Assembly (NCBI GenBank): GCA_964517845.1 | Contig: CAZFCQ010000007.1 | Span: forward strand, 14,087 to 78,086 | Reading direction: 5' to 3' | Length of the DNA stretch: 64,000 bases | Origin: an uncultured Thermoprotei archaeon | GTDB lineage: Archaea; Thermoproteota; Thermoprotei; QMSL01; B3-G16 | Shown here: one piece after another, positions 1 through 9,705 of the stretch | How the letters are laid out: each line of letters opens with the position of its first letter | Numbering within the stretch: position 1 is the first letter of the stretch | Notes under the pieces: model-generated | Seen by the model: the letters and a program-made list of their open reading frames with translations, nothing else | The model's database searches: none | Told to the model about the DNA's origin: nothing | Position numbers and translations under genes: made by a program

Positions 1-1
1 A

Positions 2-214
2 ATAGAAGAATTCTTTCCAAAGATATTTGATCGAAGTACAAAGAGGGAGAATATCTTAAGGAAAGCTCATGAAAGAGTTAATGAAATCTTAGAGAGGCAT
101 AAACCTGAATCATTACCACCAGATATAGAGCGTGAATTAGATAAATTCTTTAACAATATATGCAAAAGATACGGAGTGAAAACTCGTCGTCAAAAGAGCT
201 ACTACAGCCCTTAG
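2..214 (+). CDS. 3' end of an unidentified gene that starts upstream of the window (open in frame 2, stop at 212-214)
   Basis: Frame 2 is open from the window edge to TAG at 212-214 (…RKAHERVNEILERHKPESLPPDIERELDKFFNNICKRYGVKTRRQKSYYSP*); no family recognised. Confidence 0.3.
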   Translation: MEEFFPKIFDRSTKRENILRKAHERVNEILERHKPESLPPDIERELDKFFNNICKRYGVKTRRQKSYYSP

Positions 215-328
215 TGATATTTTTAAGAGCGTCTCAATTATGGCCAAACAGAGTTAACGGAGTATCTAATGAGAATATAAGTTTCAGAGAGTTATATACA
301 CATATTGTACATGATGGAGGAATCGAAT

Positions 329-1273
329 ATGAGAAGAGTTGTAGTTTCTGCTCCTGCAAGTATAGCTAATTTAGGATGCTTATTCGATATTGCGGCAATT
401 GCCATAGATTATGCAAGAGATAAAGTCATAGTAGAGGAAGTAGAGAATTCAGGAATTGAGGTAATTTCACTTAGTAAAGAAGTTCCTGGCGGAAAAGCTA
501 ATACTGCCTTTAAAGCCGCAGAGGCTATCCTTAGAAGGTTAGATATGATCGATAATATAGGATTGAGAATTATAGTAGTCAAAGGGGTTAAGAAGGGAAT
601 TGGAATAGGTTCTTCAGGAGCTACAGCAGCCGCTACTGTAGCAGCGATAAAGGAGCTTCTTAAGGAGGATATAAGTAATGAGGAGTTGATACAAGCAGCT
701 GGTGAGGGTGAAAGTGTAGCAGCAGGTTCGCCTCATTATGATAATGTCTCTGCGAGCCTATTAGGAGGTATTACTATCATAGTTAATCAAAGACCAATGA
801 AAGTCATAAGAATTCTACCACCAAGAGAGTTATCACTTATACTTATAACGCCAAAGGTCGTTACTAGAGTTGAGCAGGATAAAGGAAAGACGCAAATAAT
901 GCGCAGTATTCTACCAGATAAGATAAGTTTAAAGGAAGCTGTAGAACAAAACTGTGCTGTTGCGGAATTTATGACAGCTTTAATGAAGGGAGATCTAGAA
1001 TTGTTAGGAGAGGCTATTTCAAAGGGAGGAATTGTTGAAAGAGTTAGAAGTAGGTACATACCTCATTACTGGACATTAAAGGAGATCTCGTTAAAGGCAG
1101 GAGGACTAGGAGCGAATATTTCAGGTGCAGGACCATCTATTTTTGTAATAGTAGAAAAGAAAGAGTCAATAGATGTTGCACATAAGATAGAAGAGTATAT
1201 TAAGAAGATTAATGTAAAAGCTGATGTAGTAGTTACTCAACCCGATAATAAGGGAGCTATTAGGGAAGAATAA
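329..1273 (+). CDS. thrB: GHMP-family kinase, most like homoserine kinase
   Basis: N-terminal SAPASIANLGCLFD resembles the ThrB PATSANLGPGFD motif; GHMP ATP loop GIGSSGATAAA; start moved to M at 329 (track ORF begins 305). Confidence 0.6.
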   Translation: MRRVVVSAPASIANLGCLFDIAAIAIDYARDKVIVEEVENSGIEVISLSKEVPGGKANTAFKAAEAILRRLDMIDNIGLRIIVVKGVKKGIGIGSSGATAAATVAAIKELLKEDISNEELIQAAGEGESVAAGSPHYDNVSASLLGGITIIVNQRPMKVIRILPPRELSLILITPKVVTRVEQDKGKTQIMRSILPDKISLKEAVEQNCAVAEFMTALMKGDLELLGEAISKGGIVERVRSRYIPHYWTLKEISLKAGGLGANISGAGPSIFVIVEKKESIDVAHKIEEYIKKINVKADVVVTQPDNKGAIREE

Positions 1274-1288
1274 GTTAGAGGGGATTCT

Positions 1289-1864
1289 ATGAAAGAAGTC
1301 GATGTAAAATATGCGGGATCATTATTCCCAACTACAGTAGTCCTTGCTACATGTATAGATGAAGAAGGTAAACCGAATATAATAACCCTTGGATGGGCCA
1401 TGAAAACATCTGGAACTCCACCTATGGTTGCCATAAGCATTGCTCCAGCTAGATACTCACATAATTTAATAGATAAAATAGGAGAATTCGTACTAGCAAT
1501 ACCAACTAAGGAGATAGTTGATAAAGTTCATAAATGCGGAAGAACTAGTGGTAGGGATCTAAATAAGTTCGAAACTTTTGGGTTAACTCCTTTGCCATCC
1601 AAGAAGGTAAAACCTCCTTTAATAAAAGAATGTGTAGCGAACCTAGAATGCAGAGTTGTAGGAAAGATTACTACAGGGGATCATACACTTTTCGTAGGCG
1701 AAGTTGTAGCTGCTCATGTAAATGAGGATTATTTTAAAGAGAACGAGAAGTGTTTAGATTTAGATAAAGCAAAAGTATTGATAACTCATGCTAAAGAGTA
1801 TAGAGAGGTAGGCAAAGTGGTAGCATATAAGCTAAACGGCAACATAAAGCTCGTAAGCAACTAA
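1289..1864 (+). CDS. flavin reductase-like (FMN-binding split-barrel) domain protein
   Basis: 191 aa; architecture TTVVLATC…GKPNIITLGW…PPMVAISI…LFVGEVV typical of the flavin reductase-like domain. Confidence 0.6.
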   Translation: MKEVDVKYAGSLFPTTVVLATCIDEEGKPNIITLGWAMKTSGTPPMVAISIAPARYSHNLIDKIGEFVLAIPTKEIVDKVHKCGRTSGRDLNKFETFGLTPLPSKKVKPPLIKECVANLECRVVGKITTGDHTLFVGEVVAAHVNEDYFKENEKCLDLDKAKVLITHAKEYREVGKVVAYKLNGNIKLVSN

Positions 1865-1904
1865 TTAGTCTTTTTACTTTTTATTGAAAATAAGGTAAGG
1901 TGGT

Positions 1905-2567
1905 ATGCGAAGAGGTGCTACCGCTGAAGAGATTGCACGTAGACTTTTGGAGATGTACGGATATAAGGTAATTAGTATAAGGCAGAGAATCCGTATTAAT
2001 GACATAGATATAGGAGAAGTTGATATAATAGCAGAAGATGAGAACGGTGAGAGATACGTAGTTGAAGTTAAATCAGGGAAAGTAGGCGTTGGAGATATAA
2101 AAAATACCTATGCTACTGCTAAGATTCTCAATATGAAACCTATTATAATATGTAAGGATTTCTCTGATGAATCAGCAAAAACTGCGGCTGAAAGATTAAA
2201 AGTCAAAGTCATAAGGATCGCTAAGTACTTACTAATTGAACCTGAAGAGTTAAGCATATTCTTGAAAGAGAGTATAAGAGGAATCATAGAGGACGAGATT
2301 ATCAACATAATAGATGCTTTAATGATAGATCAGGAATCTCTAAAGTTCCTTAAAGTTATTGTAGAAAGTCAGAATATGGATCAATTACTTAAGTTAAGTG
2401 GTTTAAATTCAAGAGAAATAGGTAGAAAAATATCCGATTTAAGGAAGAAATGTAGATTAATGAAAGATGTTAAGGGATTCTACGATCTTAGAAGGAAGGC
2501 AGAATTAATAGTAAGACTACAAGAATTAGTAAAGATTATTAGGAAGATGATACTTGAAGATAAGTGA
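1905..2567 (+). CDS. PD-(D/E)xK nuclease-fold protein (Hjc/NucS-DUF91-like) with C-terminal helix-turn-helix extension
   Basis: GATAEEIARRLLEMYGYKV…VDIIAEDENGERYVVEVKSGK matches the Hjc/NucS catalytic arrangement (E…D…E-V-K); C-terminal about 100 aa predicted helical (RKISDLRKKCRLMKDVKG). Confidence 0.5.
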   Translation: MRRGATAEEIARRLLEMYGYKVISIRQRIRINDIDIGEVDIIAEDENGERYVVEVKSGKVGVGDIKNTYATAKILNMKPIIICKDFSDESAKTAAERLKVKVIRIAKYLLIEPEELSIFLKESIRGIIEDEIINIIDALMIDQESLKFLKVIVESQNMDQLLKLSGLNSREIGRKISDLRKKCRLMKDVKGFYDLRRKAELIVRLQELVKIIRKMILEDK

Positions 2568-2620
2568 ATGAAGAGGTAGCTCGCGGCTGAATGATGATGA
2601 GGTCGTCGATCACGGATTAT
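2564..2620 (+). ncRNA. candidate box C/D sRNA (C ATGAAGA 2568-2574; D' CTGA 2587-2590; C' ATGATGA 2594-2600; D-like CGGA 2613-2616)
   Basis: Textbook archaeal spacing: 12-nt guide, 3-nt D'-C' spacer, 12-nt guide; C and D boxes each carry one mismatch; starts directly after the stop of the upstream CDS. Confidence 0.35.
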
Positions 2621-2668
2621 GGAATATAAGCTAGATTTTAGGTTGTGAAAACTAAAAGATGTAGTTTT

Positions 2669-4636
2669 TTACATATTTATGATCTCACCAGTATTCTCTA
2701 CGACTTTTATGCCAGGCATTTTCATTAGGATCTCTCTAGCTCTGTTAGAAGAGAGGAAAGAGAGGAAGTGCTTAATTATTGGATAACTTAGTCGTGACTT
2801 AGGGATGAGAAAATCATATTCTTCTTCAGCTATGGGAATAAAGTCTAAATTATAGAGTCTAGCAACGTACTCTACACCTAACCCTACATCTGCTTTACCT
2901 TGAGCTATTGCTGAAGCTACCGCTGTATGAGTTCTTACCTCCAAGTGATAACCGTTAATTCTTGAAATTATTTCATTGTAGCTTAACCCTAGTTCAGAAG
3001 CTAGCTCCTGAAGTTTTATATCCAGAAGTATCCTTGTACCACTTCCTTTGTTCCTATTTATGAACTTTATATCTTCCCTTAGTAAATCTTTTAAGTTTCT
3101 AATTCCTTTTGGATTTCCTTTTGCTACTATTAGACCTTGAGTACGAAGATACCCCTTAACTAAGGCTACTTTCTCTTTGGCTTTATACATTCTTAGATAG
3201 GGCATATTATACTCCATAGATATTGGATCTAGTAAATGGACACCAGCAATATCCGCTTCTCCTCTTATTACAGAGAGGAGACCTTCCGTAGAGCCAACAT
3301 ATATTAGACGTAAATATACGTTCTCTTCCCTACTAAAGGTATGAAGCAAGATTTCAGCTCCTGGGCAGTTGCTTCCTATAAAGACTAGATCTGGTAATAG
3401 AGTATTAGGTAGTAGATACGCCTGTACTTCTTCACCAGCTTTTAATACATCTCTATCGCCGAATACTTTAATTAAGCCATCAGCCATCCAGATACTCGAA
3501 ATTAAGCCAGATCCACGGAATGTAGGATAGGCTATTAGCTCTTCTCTGTTAATTAATGCTACGGGGATTATATTCAACTTACCTTTCTCTAGCGGAATAT
3601 CTCTCGATATCTTAGCTTTAAGTGTCAGAAATGGAGGGAAGCTACAACCCGACATTTTACATATTACTGGAATCACCAATAGGAACGCGACTACTGCTGC
3701 AGAGACTGGGTGTCCTGGGAGACCTATTACTAGCTTGTTATTAACTAATGCCACTACTGTAGGCTTGCCAGGTTTTGTCCTTAAACCGTGAAAGAGGACA
3801 TCGCCTATGTCTTCTAATACTCTATAAACTAAATCCTCACGTCCAGCTGAGGTACCACCAGAAAATAACAATAGGTCATATCTATTAACGAAGTTTAATG
3901 CTATATCTCTTAACAACTGATAATCATCAGGAACTATTCCTAAATAACGTACTTCACAACCAAAGGTCTCTAGAAGAGACTTTATAAGAAAACCGTTAAT
4001 ATCGTATATTTGTCCAAGTTCTAAAGGAGTGCCAGGCTCTTTTATTTCATTTCCAGTTGAGATAATGGCTACCTTAGGTTTCACAAATACGCGAATTTTC
4101 TTTATTCCAAGGGATGATAAGATTCCTATCTCTTTAAAGCCAATAATGATTCCTCTTTTGAAGACAATTTCACCTGGCATGAAGTCAGTACCAGCTTCAT
4201 ATATGTTCTCACCTGGAGAAACACTTCTGAATGCAACGATATAGTCGCCCTCTCTATGGGTAAACTCTTCCATTATAACAGCATTAGCTCCTGGGGGTAT
4301 CATAGCACCTGTAGCAACTTCGACAGCTTCGCCCTTGTTTACATAAATATTAGGAACTTCTCCTACATTAACATTCCCTTTTAGCATCAATCTTATAGGA
4401 TGATATTCATCCGCTAGAAAAACGTCATATGCTCTTATAGCATAACCATCTACAGAGGACCTATCAAAGGGAGGAAGCGTTATAGGAGATGTTATATCCT
4501 CCGCTAGTACTCTACCTAAAGCTTTATCGATATCAACTTCTTCAGTTCCTAAAGGTCTGACTATGGAAGATAATGTGTTCAAAGCTTCTTCTATGCTAAC
4601 TAACTTGTGAAAGATTCTTCTCGACATAAATAGCAC
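2669..4636 (-). CDS. moeA: molybdopterin molybdotransferase MoeA fused to a C-terminal periplasmic-binding-protein-like (PBP_like) domain
   Basis: N-terminal MoeA hallmarks (DRSSVDGYAIRA, FSGGTSAGREDLV); about 250 aa C-terminal extension with substrate-binding-protein-like sequence (KGSGTRILLD…GKADVGLG). Confidence 0.8.
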   Translation of the reverse strand: MLFMSRRIFHKLVSIEEALNTLSSIVRPLGTEEVDIDKALGRVLAEDITSPITLPPFDRSSVDGYAIRAYDVFLADEYHPIRLMLKGNVNVGEVPNIYVNKGEAVEVATGAMIPPGANAVIMEEFTHREGDYIVAFRSVSPGENIYEAGTDFMPGEIVFKRGIIIGFKEIGILSSLGIKKIRVFVKPKVAIISTGNEIKEPGTPLELGQIYDINGFLIKSLLETFGCEVRYLGIVPDDYQLLRDIALNFVNRYDLLLFSGGTSAGREDLVYRVLEDIGDVLFHGLRTKPGKPTVVALVNNKLVIGLPGHPVSAAVVAFLLVIPVICKMSGCSFPPFLTLKAKISRDIPLEKGKLNIIPVALINREELIAYPTFRGSGLISSIWMADGLIKVFGDRDVLKAGEEVQAYLLPNTLLPDLVFIGSNCPGAEILLHTFSREENVYLRLIYVGSTEGLLSVIRGEADIAGVHLLDPISMEYNMPYLRMYKAKEKVALVKGYLRTQGLIVAKGNPKGIRNLKDLLREDIKFINRNKGSGTRILLDIKLQELASELGLSYNEIISRINGYHLEVRTHTAVASAIAQGKADVGLGVEYVARLYNLDFIPIAEEEYDFLIPKSRLSYPIIKHFLSFLSSNRAREILMKMPGIKVVENTGEIINM

Positions 4637-5837
4637 CCCAGGGGTCTTCTACACGATATACGTCTAATAATTGGTTTTCATCATACCCTTCTAGCTCTTC
4701 AGGTACTATGACTATACCATCAGCATATGCTAAGCTAGATAATATTCCTGAGCCTCTAATTCTTAATGGAGTAGCGTACAAACAACCTTTAATTTCATTA
4801 AGGGTTACGCGTACCATTTCAAGTATACCTAATCTAGAAGGTATTCTCCTAGTAGCTCTAGCTTTATACGGAATTGACTTTATCTCAGCACCATATACTT
4901 TTAGAAGTATAAAAGGCTCTAGGAGAAGTTTGAATTCATTGTAGGCAGCTACAGGGAAACCAGAGAGCATGAAAATTAATTTTTCCTCAACTTTACCTAC
5001 GCCTACTGGTCGTCCAGGCATTATTGAGACTCCATGAAATATTATTTCACCAAGCTGCCTTACAACCTTTGGAGTAAGATCTTTTGATCCTACAGAAGTA
5101 CCTCCTATAGTAACTACCAGGTCATTTTCCATTAGAGCCTGAATAAGGTATTTCTTTATTATTTGAGGCTCATCAGGTAATAGACCATAATCTTTAACGT
5201 TAGCGTACCCCTGTAAGAAAGTTTTTACGACAAGACTTGTTATGTCTAATACTCGCCCATTCTTAACCATTTTGATATCTCTAGTAAGCTCTGAGCCTAT
5301 TACTAAGAGGCCGACATTTAGTTTATTAAAAACTAAGACCTCCTCGACAAGGCTCCTTAGTAGCAGAATAGCTTTCAACGGATCTACTATCTCGCCTTTT
5401 CTTAGGAGAACGCTTTCTTTTTGGACATCTTCTCCTCTTCTAGCAACGTAAGCATAAGGTGGGACGCTAGTAGTGATCTCGATAAACTTCTCATACTCTT
5501 TAACGAATTCCTTAGGAACTACAGCATTTGCTCCTTTCGGTAATGCTTCACCTGTACTTACTCGCTTAGCTTGACCATATGAAATAGATGAAGCTTCATT
5601 AAAGAGCTTTAAAATTATAGGATTAGAGTGTGAGGCAGAGGCTACGTCTTCTGCTTTAACAGCATAACCATCAAATAAAGCAATATTGTCAAATGGAATA
5701 TCTATGTTAGAATGGACTTCTTCAGCAATTATACACCCTATGCTATTCAGTACATTTACTCGTTTAGTTGAAATTTTAGGAATGTTCATTGAGGATAGTA
5801 TATCCCACGCTTCCTTTAATGAGATGAACTTCAGCAT
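4596..5837 (-). CDS. moeA: MoeA paralog (molybdopterin molybdotransferase)
   Basis: FDGYAVKAEDV…TIGGTSVGSKDL MoeA motifs; overlaps downstream moeA by 41 nt and upstream mogA by 7 nt. Confidence 0.8.
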   Translation of the reverse strand: MLKFISLKEAWDILSSMNIPKISTKRVNVLNSIGCIIAEEVHSNIDIPFDNIALFDGYAVKAEDVASASHSNPIILKLFNEASSISYGQAKRVSTGEALPKGANAVVPKEFVKEYEKFIEITTSVPPYAYVARRGEDVQKESVLLRKGEIVDPLKAILLLRSLVEEVLVFNKLNVGLLVIGSELTRDIKMVKNGRVLDITSLVVKTFLQGYANVKDYGLLPDEPQIIKKYLIQALMENDLVVTIGGTSVGSKDLTPKVVRQLGEIIFHGVSIMPGRPVGVGKVEEKLIFMLSGFPVAAYNEFKLLLEPFILLKVYGAEIKSIPYKARATRRIPSRLGILEMVRVTLNEIKGCLYATPLRIRGSGILSSLAYADGIVIVPEELEGYDENQLLDVYRVEDPWGAIYVEKNLSQVS

Positions 5838-6376
5838 GAAGACTCCCTCAAATGATAAACTATATGACTTATTTCAGGTAAGATAAGCTTCTCTAAAGCT
5901 AGTTTCACAGCGTGGGGTGAGCCAGGCAAACAAAAAACCAAGGTCCCTTTGACTATATATGCAGATGCTCGCGAGAGCATAGCTGCTAAGCCAATTTCAC
6001 GAAAGCTTAAATACCTAAAGAGTTCGCCAAAACCAGGAATTTCTTTTTCAGCATATTTACTAACTACATCAGGAGTTATATCGCTCTTCGAAATTCCTGT
6101 ACCCCCTGAAAATAAGATGACGTCTACATTACCAGCGTACTTTTCTAAAATCTTAACTATATACTCCTCTGAATCAGGAATGAGGTGTCGAGAGAGTATT
6201 TTGTAGTTTGACTTTTTCACTATGTTCTCCATAATATCTCCCGAGAGATCCTCGACTTTTTTCCCTCTTTGAGATTGTATGAATCGTGAGGTGCTTACAG
6301 TAATTAGGACAAAGCTAACTCTCTGAGGTGCTTTAGCCTTATGTACATCTTTAGGTAATCCTATCACATGATCCAC
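5831..6376 (-). CDS. mogA: molybdopterin adenylyltransferase MogA/MoaB
   Basis: 181 aa; ILFSGGTGISKSDITPDVV signature of MogA/MoaB. Confidence 0.8.
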   Translation of the reverse strand: MDHVIGLPKDVHKAKAPQRVSFVLITVSTSRFIQSQRGKKVEDLSGDIMENIVKKSNYKILSRHLIPDSEEYIVKILEKYAGNVDVILFSGGTGISKSDITPDVVSKYAEKEIPGFGELFRYLSFREIGLAAMLSRASAYIVKGTLVFCLPGSPHAVKLALEKLILPEISHIVYHLRESSC

Positions 6377-6461
6377 CCATGATTAATTAACGGGATAAAT
6401 TCTATAGTAACTAGTTGATAGGAGTCTATTAAACGATTCAAGTTACAAGAGGAGTATAAAA

Positions 6462-7394
6462 ATGCTCATTGATAAATACAATAGAATCATAGATAACTTA
6501 AGGATCTCCGTCACTAATGAGTGTAATCTTAGATGCTTCTTCTGTCATAGAGAGGGTAATGAAGGAACAGAGGATGTACTGACACCTGAGGACATAGAGT
6601 TCATCGTAAAAGTAGCTGCTAAATTAGGTATTAAGAAGATAAAGATAACAGGAGGAGAACCGCTAATTAGGAACGATATAGTAAACATAGTGGAAAAGAT
6701 TTCTAGAATAAGAGGCATAGAGGATATATCGCTTACTACAAACGGCACTCTACTTAGAGAGAAGGCATCTAAACTAAGGAAAGCAGGGCTAAAGAGGATT
6801 AACATAAGCTTACATAGTCTACGCGAAGATACATATCGTAAAATAACAGGGAAAGACCTACTAAAGAATGTACTTAAAGGTATTGAAGCTGTATTAAAGT
6901 GTAACTATGAACAGGTGAAGGTCAATGTAGTAGTCTTAAAAGGCATAAATGATGGAGAGCTTTATGATATATTAAACTTTGCTAGGAGGCAAAAAGTAAT
7001 ACTCCAACTTATAGAGTTGGAAACTAATTCAAGGGATAGCCTAATGTACAATAATTATCATGTTAGCTTTACGAAAATAAGAAGCTTTTTGCGTAGAAAT
7101 AGCGTAAGATTGATTAAACGTAAAGAACAGAATAGGCCTGTCTTCTATTTAAAGAATGGAGGAATCGTAGAGATAGTAAATCCTATGGAGGATAATAGTT
7201 TTTGTTTAAAGTGTACGAAATTACGTATAACGTCAGATGCAAAGCTTAAGCCTTGTCTTTTTTCAAGAAATTACATTGATATAGCTGAAATAGTTAAAGA
7301 TAGAAATGAAAAAGAGCTTAGTATGGCATTTATTCATGTATTAGAGTTTAGGAGACCATTTTTTGTAAGTACTAAGAAGAGGGTTTCCTCATGA
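6462..7394 (+). CDS. moaA: GTP 3',8-cyclase MoaA (radical SAM)
   Basis: [13 protein letters not shown] radical-SAM cysteine triad, ITGGEPL, C-terminal second cluster region; coupled to moaC. Confidence 0.9.
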   Translation: MLIDKYNRIIDNLRISVTNECNLRCFFCHREGNEGTEDVLTPEDIEFIVKVAAKLGIKKIKITGGEPLIRNDIVNIVEKISRIRGIEDISLTTNGTLLREKASKLRKAGLKRINISLHSLREDTYRKITGKDLLKNVLKGIEAVLKCNYEQVKVNVVVLKGINDGELYDILNFARRQKVILQLIELETNSRDSLMYNNYHVSFTKIRSFLRRNSVRLIKRKEQNRPVFYLKNGGIVEIVNPMEDNSFCLKCTKLRITSDAKLKPCLFSRNYIDIAEIVKDRNEKELSMAFIHVLEFRRPFFVSTKKRVSS

Positions 7395-7837
7395 GTGAAG
7401 ATGTCAAGATGATAGACATAAGTATGAAACCGACGTCCCTTAGAGTAGCTAAGGCAGAAGGATTTATTAAATTAAAGAAAGAGACAATAGAGCTTATCAA
7501 AAAGAAAAAAGTAAAGAAAGGCGATGTAATAAACGTAGCTAAAGTTGCTGCAATTCTAGCAGTGAAGCATACTTGGGAAATAATACCACTTTGTCATCCA
7601 ATACCTATAACCAGCATTAATATTGACATAAACGTAGAGGATGATGGCATAAGGGTAACATCAGAGGTGAAAGCATACGCTAAGACTGGAGTCGAAATGG
7701 AAGCCCTTATAGGAGCAAGCATAGCGCTATTAACTATATGGGATATGGTGAAAGCTTACGAAAAAGATGAAAAGGGACAGTATCCCTTTACGGAAATAAA
7801 GTATATAAGAGTTATAGAAAAGGTTAAAAGAGTTTAA
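7391..7837 (+). CDS. moaC: cyclic pyranopterin monophosphate synthase MoaC
   Basis: 148 aa, [17 protein letters not shown] MoaC signature; ATGA start/stop overlap with moaA. Confidence 0.9.
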   Translation: MSEDVKMIDISMKPTSLRVAKAEGFIKLKKETIELIKKKKVKKGDVINVAKVAAILAVKHTWEIIPLCHPIPITSINIDINVEDDGIRVTSEVKAYAKTGVEMEALIGASIALLTIWDMVKAYEKDEKGQYPFTEIKYIRVIEKVKRV

Positions 7838-7844
7838 TATGAAA

Positions 7845-8249
7845 CTAGGATACCTCACCTCTTGCAATTCTTTTAGCTTCTTCAACTATGCACTCTAATA
7901 CTTCTTCACTAATATATGGAGTTACTATTATGAGCTTATTTGTTGTAAAACCATCTTCACGCCAGGAGATTTCATAAGAAATCTCGTACATGGGTATCTC
8001 GCATTCAGCCTGATTACCTACTCTCTGGAGATTATATCTAGAGACTCTATTAAGAAGGGATACCGACAAGGGAAGCTTAAGGGAGATTTTGTAGTAATCC
8101 TTAAGTACTATGAAATCTGAATTATTTGCATTCCATGAATTAAGAGCCCTGAGGACATAGAGCTTGATAGCAGTCTCAATAGGCTGCTCTATACGCTCTA
8201 TTTTCTCTACTTCGCCATTATTAACAAATATAGCTACAGTCTCTACCAT
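7845..8249 (-). CDS. hypothetical protein
   Basis: 134-aa ORF, no recognisable motif; start of a co-oriented four-gene run. Confidence 0.4.
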   Translation of the reverse strand: MVETVAIFVNNGEVEKIERIEQPIETAIKLYVLRALNSWNANNSDFIVLKDYYKISLKLPLSVSLLNRVSRYNLQRVGNQAECEIPMYEISYEISWREDGFTTNKLIIVTPYISEEVLECIVEEAKRIARGEVS

Positions 8250-8320
8250 TAGTATGACCTCATCGCTATTAACTCTAGAATAAGAGGAATGATATAAACA
8301 TTAAGTTGCCTCAAAGATGT

Positions 8321-8596
8321 TCATTTAGGGTTTAAATATAGAACTACGTCCTTTCTCTTATCAATTACAGAAATGACTCGGTGAAGAGGAATACTTCTTA
8401 CTACTCCCTTATCATCTTTATAAATAAAGAAATCACGGGTAACTCTTATCAATAGGGAACAGTTAATGTACTCTCTACCTTCAGTAGAGCCACGGGATAG
8501 GTAGATAACTTCATAGTCAGCTTTTCTTAAGGTAGGATCATGAAGTATTCTCGATAGGAGATCTCTTAATGGATTACGCGTCAAAATAGACTCCAT
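8321..8596 (-). CDS. small conserved archaeal protein, DUF504/UPF0248 (MJ1316-like) family candidate
   Basis: 91 aa; LRDLLSRILHDP…IPLHRVISV resembles the DUF504 pattern (…IP-HRI…). Confidence 0.45.
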   Translation of the reverse strand: MESILTRNPLRDLLSRILHDPTLRKADYEVIYLSRGSTEGREYINCSLLIRVTRDFFIYKDDKGVVRSIPLHRVISVIDKRKDVVLYLNPK

Positions 8597-8627
8597 TCTA
8601 TGTAGAGAATAGTTGGGTTAATAAACA

Positions 8628-9005
8628 TTATGAAGGTAGGCCTTCTTCTAACTTAACACCTATCCATACTAGAACTTCATTACCATGAAGTTTACCATAA
8701 ATTTTTATAATTGGGCCCATGTCATAGCTTCTAATTACTCTTAAACTAAAAAGAACGTTCTCAGGTAATTCCACTTTGCTAATGTAATCCTCATATCTAA
8801 CAATTAATGTACGATTTTCATAAAGTTCAACTATGGCAGGTATGCCTATATTTAAGACTTCTACGCCATGGATATTAGATACTTCATACGCTATGTACTT
8901 AGCTATGGGATCTAAATCTACCCTTTTAGGTATTAGGGTAAAAGTTACTATTAGAAAGATTATTACCATTATAACAGTGATTATGGCTAACTCTAAACTT
9001 CTCAT
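8628..9005 (-). CDS. signal-anchored hypothetical protein
   Basis: N-terminal hydrophobic helix MRSLELAIITVIMVIIFLIVTF then a soluble domain. Confidence 0.4.
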   Translation of the reverse strand: MRSLELAIITVIMVIIFLIVTFTLIPKRVDLDPIAKYIAYEVSNIHGVEVLNIGIPAIVELYENRTLIVRYEDYISKVELPENVLFSLRVIRSYDMGPIIKIYGKLHGNEVLVWIGVKLEEGLPS

Positions 9006-9045
9006 AGGGTTCCTAATTAAGTCGATACACTAAATATATAAAATT

Positions 9046-9705
9046 TTAATCACAAATCCAACTTTCCCGTTGTAACACTATGACAAAGACAGCAGGAGGT
9101 TCAATAGTGAAGGAGTATATCTCTTCATTATCCACTAATATGTGAATAATATGCTTCTTGATGTAGACTCTTAGATATGTTGAGCGGCTAATGTTGAATA
9201 AGTGAAGTGTGAGTCCTTTTGCCAGATAACTAGGTACTATTTGTACATAGTTAATCATTAAGAAGTACGCATTTATTCCCTTTAAGCTAGAGGAAGAGAA
9301 TAGCCTAATTATAGGCTTTAGTTCTACTATTATAGTACTATAGTTGAGATATACTGTAGACTCTCGTTCGTCAGTATATTTCCATTCTAAAGGAGGACCA
9401 TGTAATAGCCTTGAGGAGCGTGAATGAGATTCTATGAGTAATCTGCTATAACATATGTTAAAATGAATGGGAGTTTCATGAGGAAGCACTACTGTCAAAT
9501 TAATAGAAGAGTTAACCACCACACTTGAAATGGAAAGTCTTATAGGTTGGCTATTTTCTAGAGCGTAACCTATTCTTAGTACTTCGTTAATCTCATATTC
9601 TTCTAGACCTAAAAGAAGCCTATCCCAAGGCCTCATTGTTAAAAGTGAAAGTAGTGCAATAATCATAGTAATGCTTATTAGGAGCATTTTTTCAACTGTG
9701 TACAA
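9046..9705 (-). CDS. signal-anchored extracellular hypothetical protein with N-glycosylation sequons
   Basis: N-terminal TM (LLISITMIIALLSLLTM), several N-x-S/T sequons (NSS, NLT, NYS, NIS). Confidence 0.4.
   Translation of the reverse strand: MYTVEKMLLISITMIIALLSLLTMRPWDRLLLGLEEYEINEVLRIGYALENSQPIRLSISSVVVNSSINLTVVLPHETPIHFNICYSRLLIESHSRSSRLLHGPPLEWKYTDERESTVYLNYSTIIVELKPIIRLFSSSSLKGINAYFLMINYVQIVPSYLAKGLTLHLFNISRSTYLRVYIKKHIIHILVDNEEIYSFTIEPPAVFVIVLQRESWICD

Noticed and set aside
160-369. 69-aa ORF bridging the upstream gene end and the thrB start
   Set aside because: Overlaps the in-frame end of the partial upstream gene (stop at 214) and the N-terminus of the GHMP kinase; no motif; likely spurious.
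787-1059. Antisense ORFs embedded in well-supported genes (e.g. 787-1059, 2108-2308, 4029-4244, 4708-4944, 5242-5451, 14921-15340, 32901-33260, 35636-35974, 48394-48747, 60221-60736)
   Set aside because: Each lies entirely inside a longer ORF on the opposite strand that has clear family motifs; low-complexity translations typical of shadow ORFs in an AT-rich genome.
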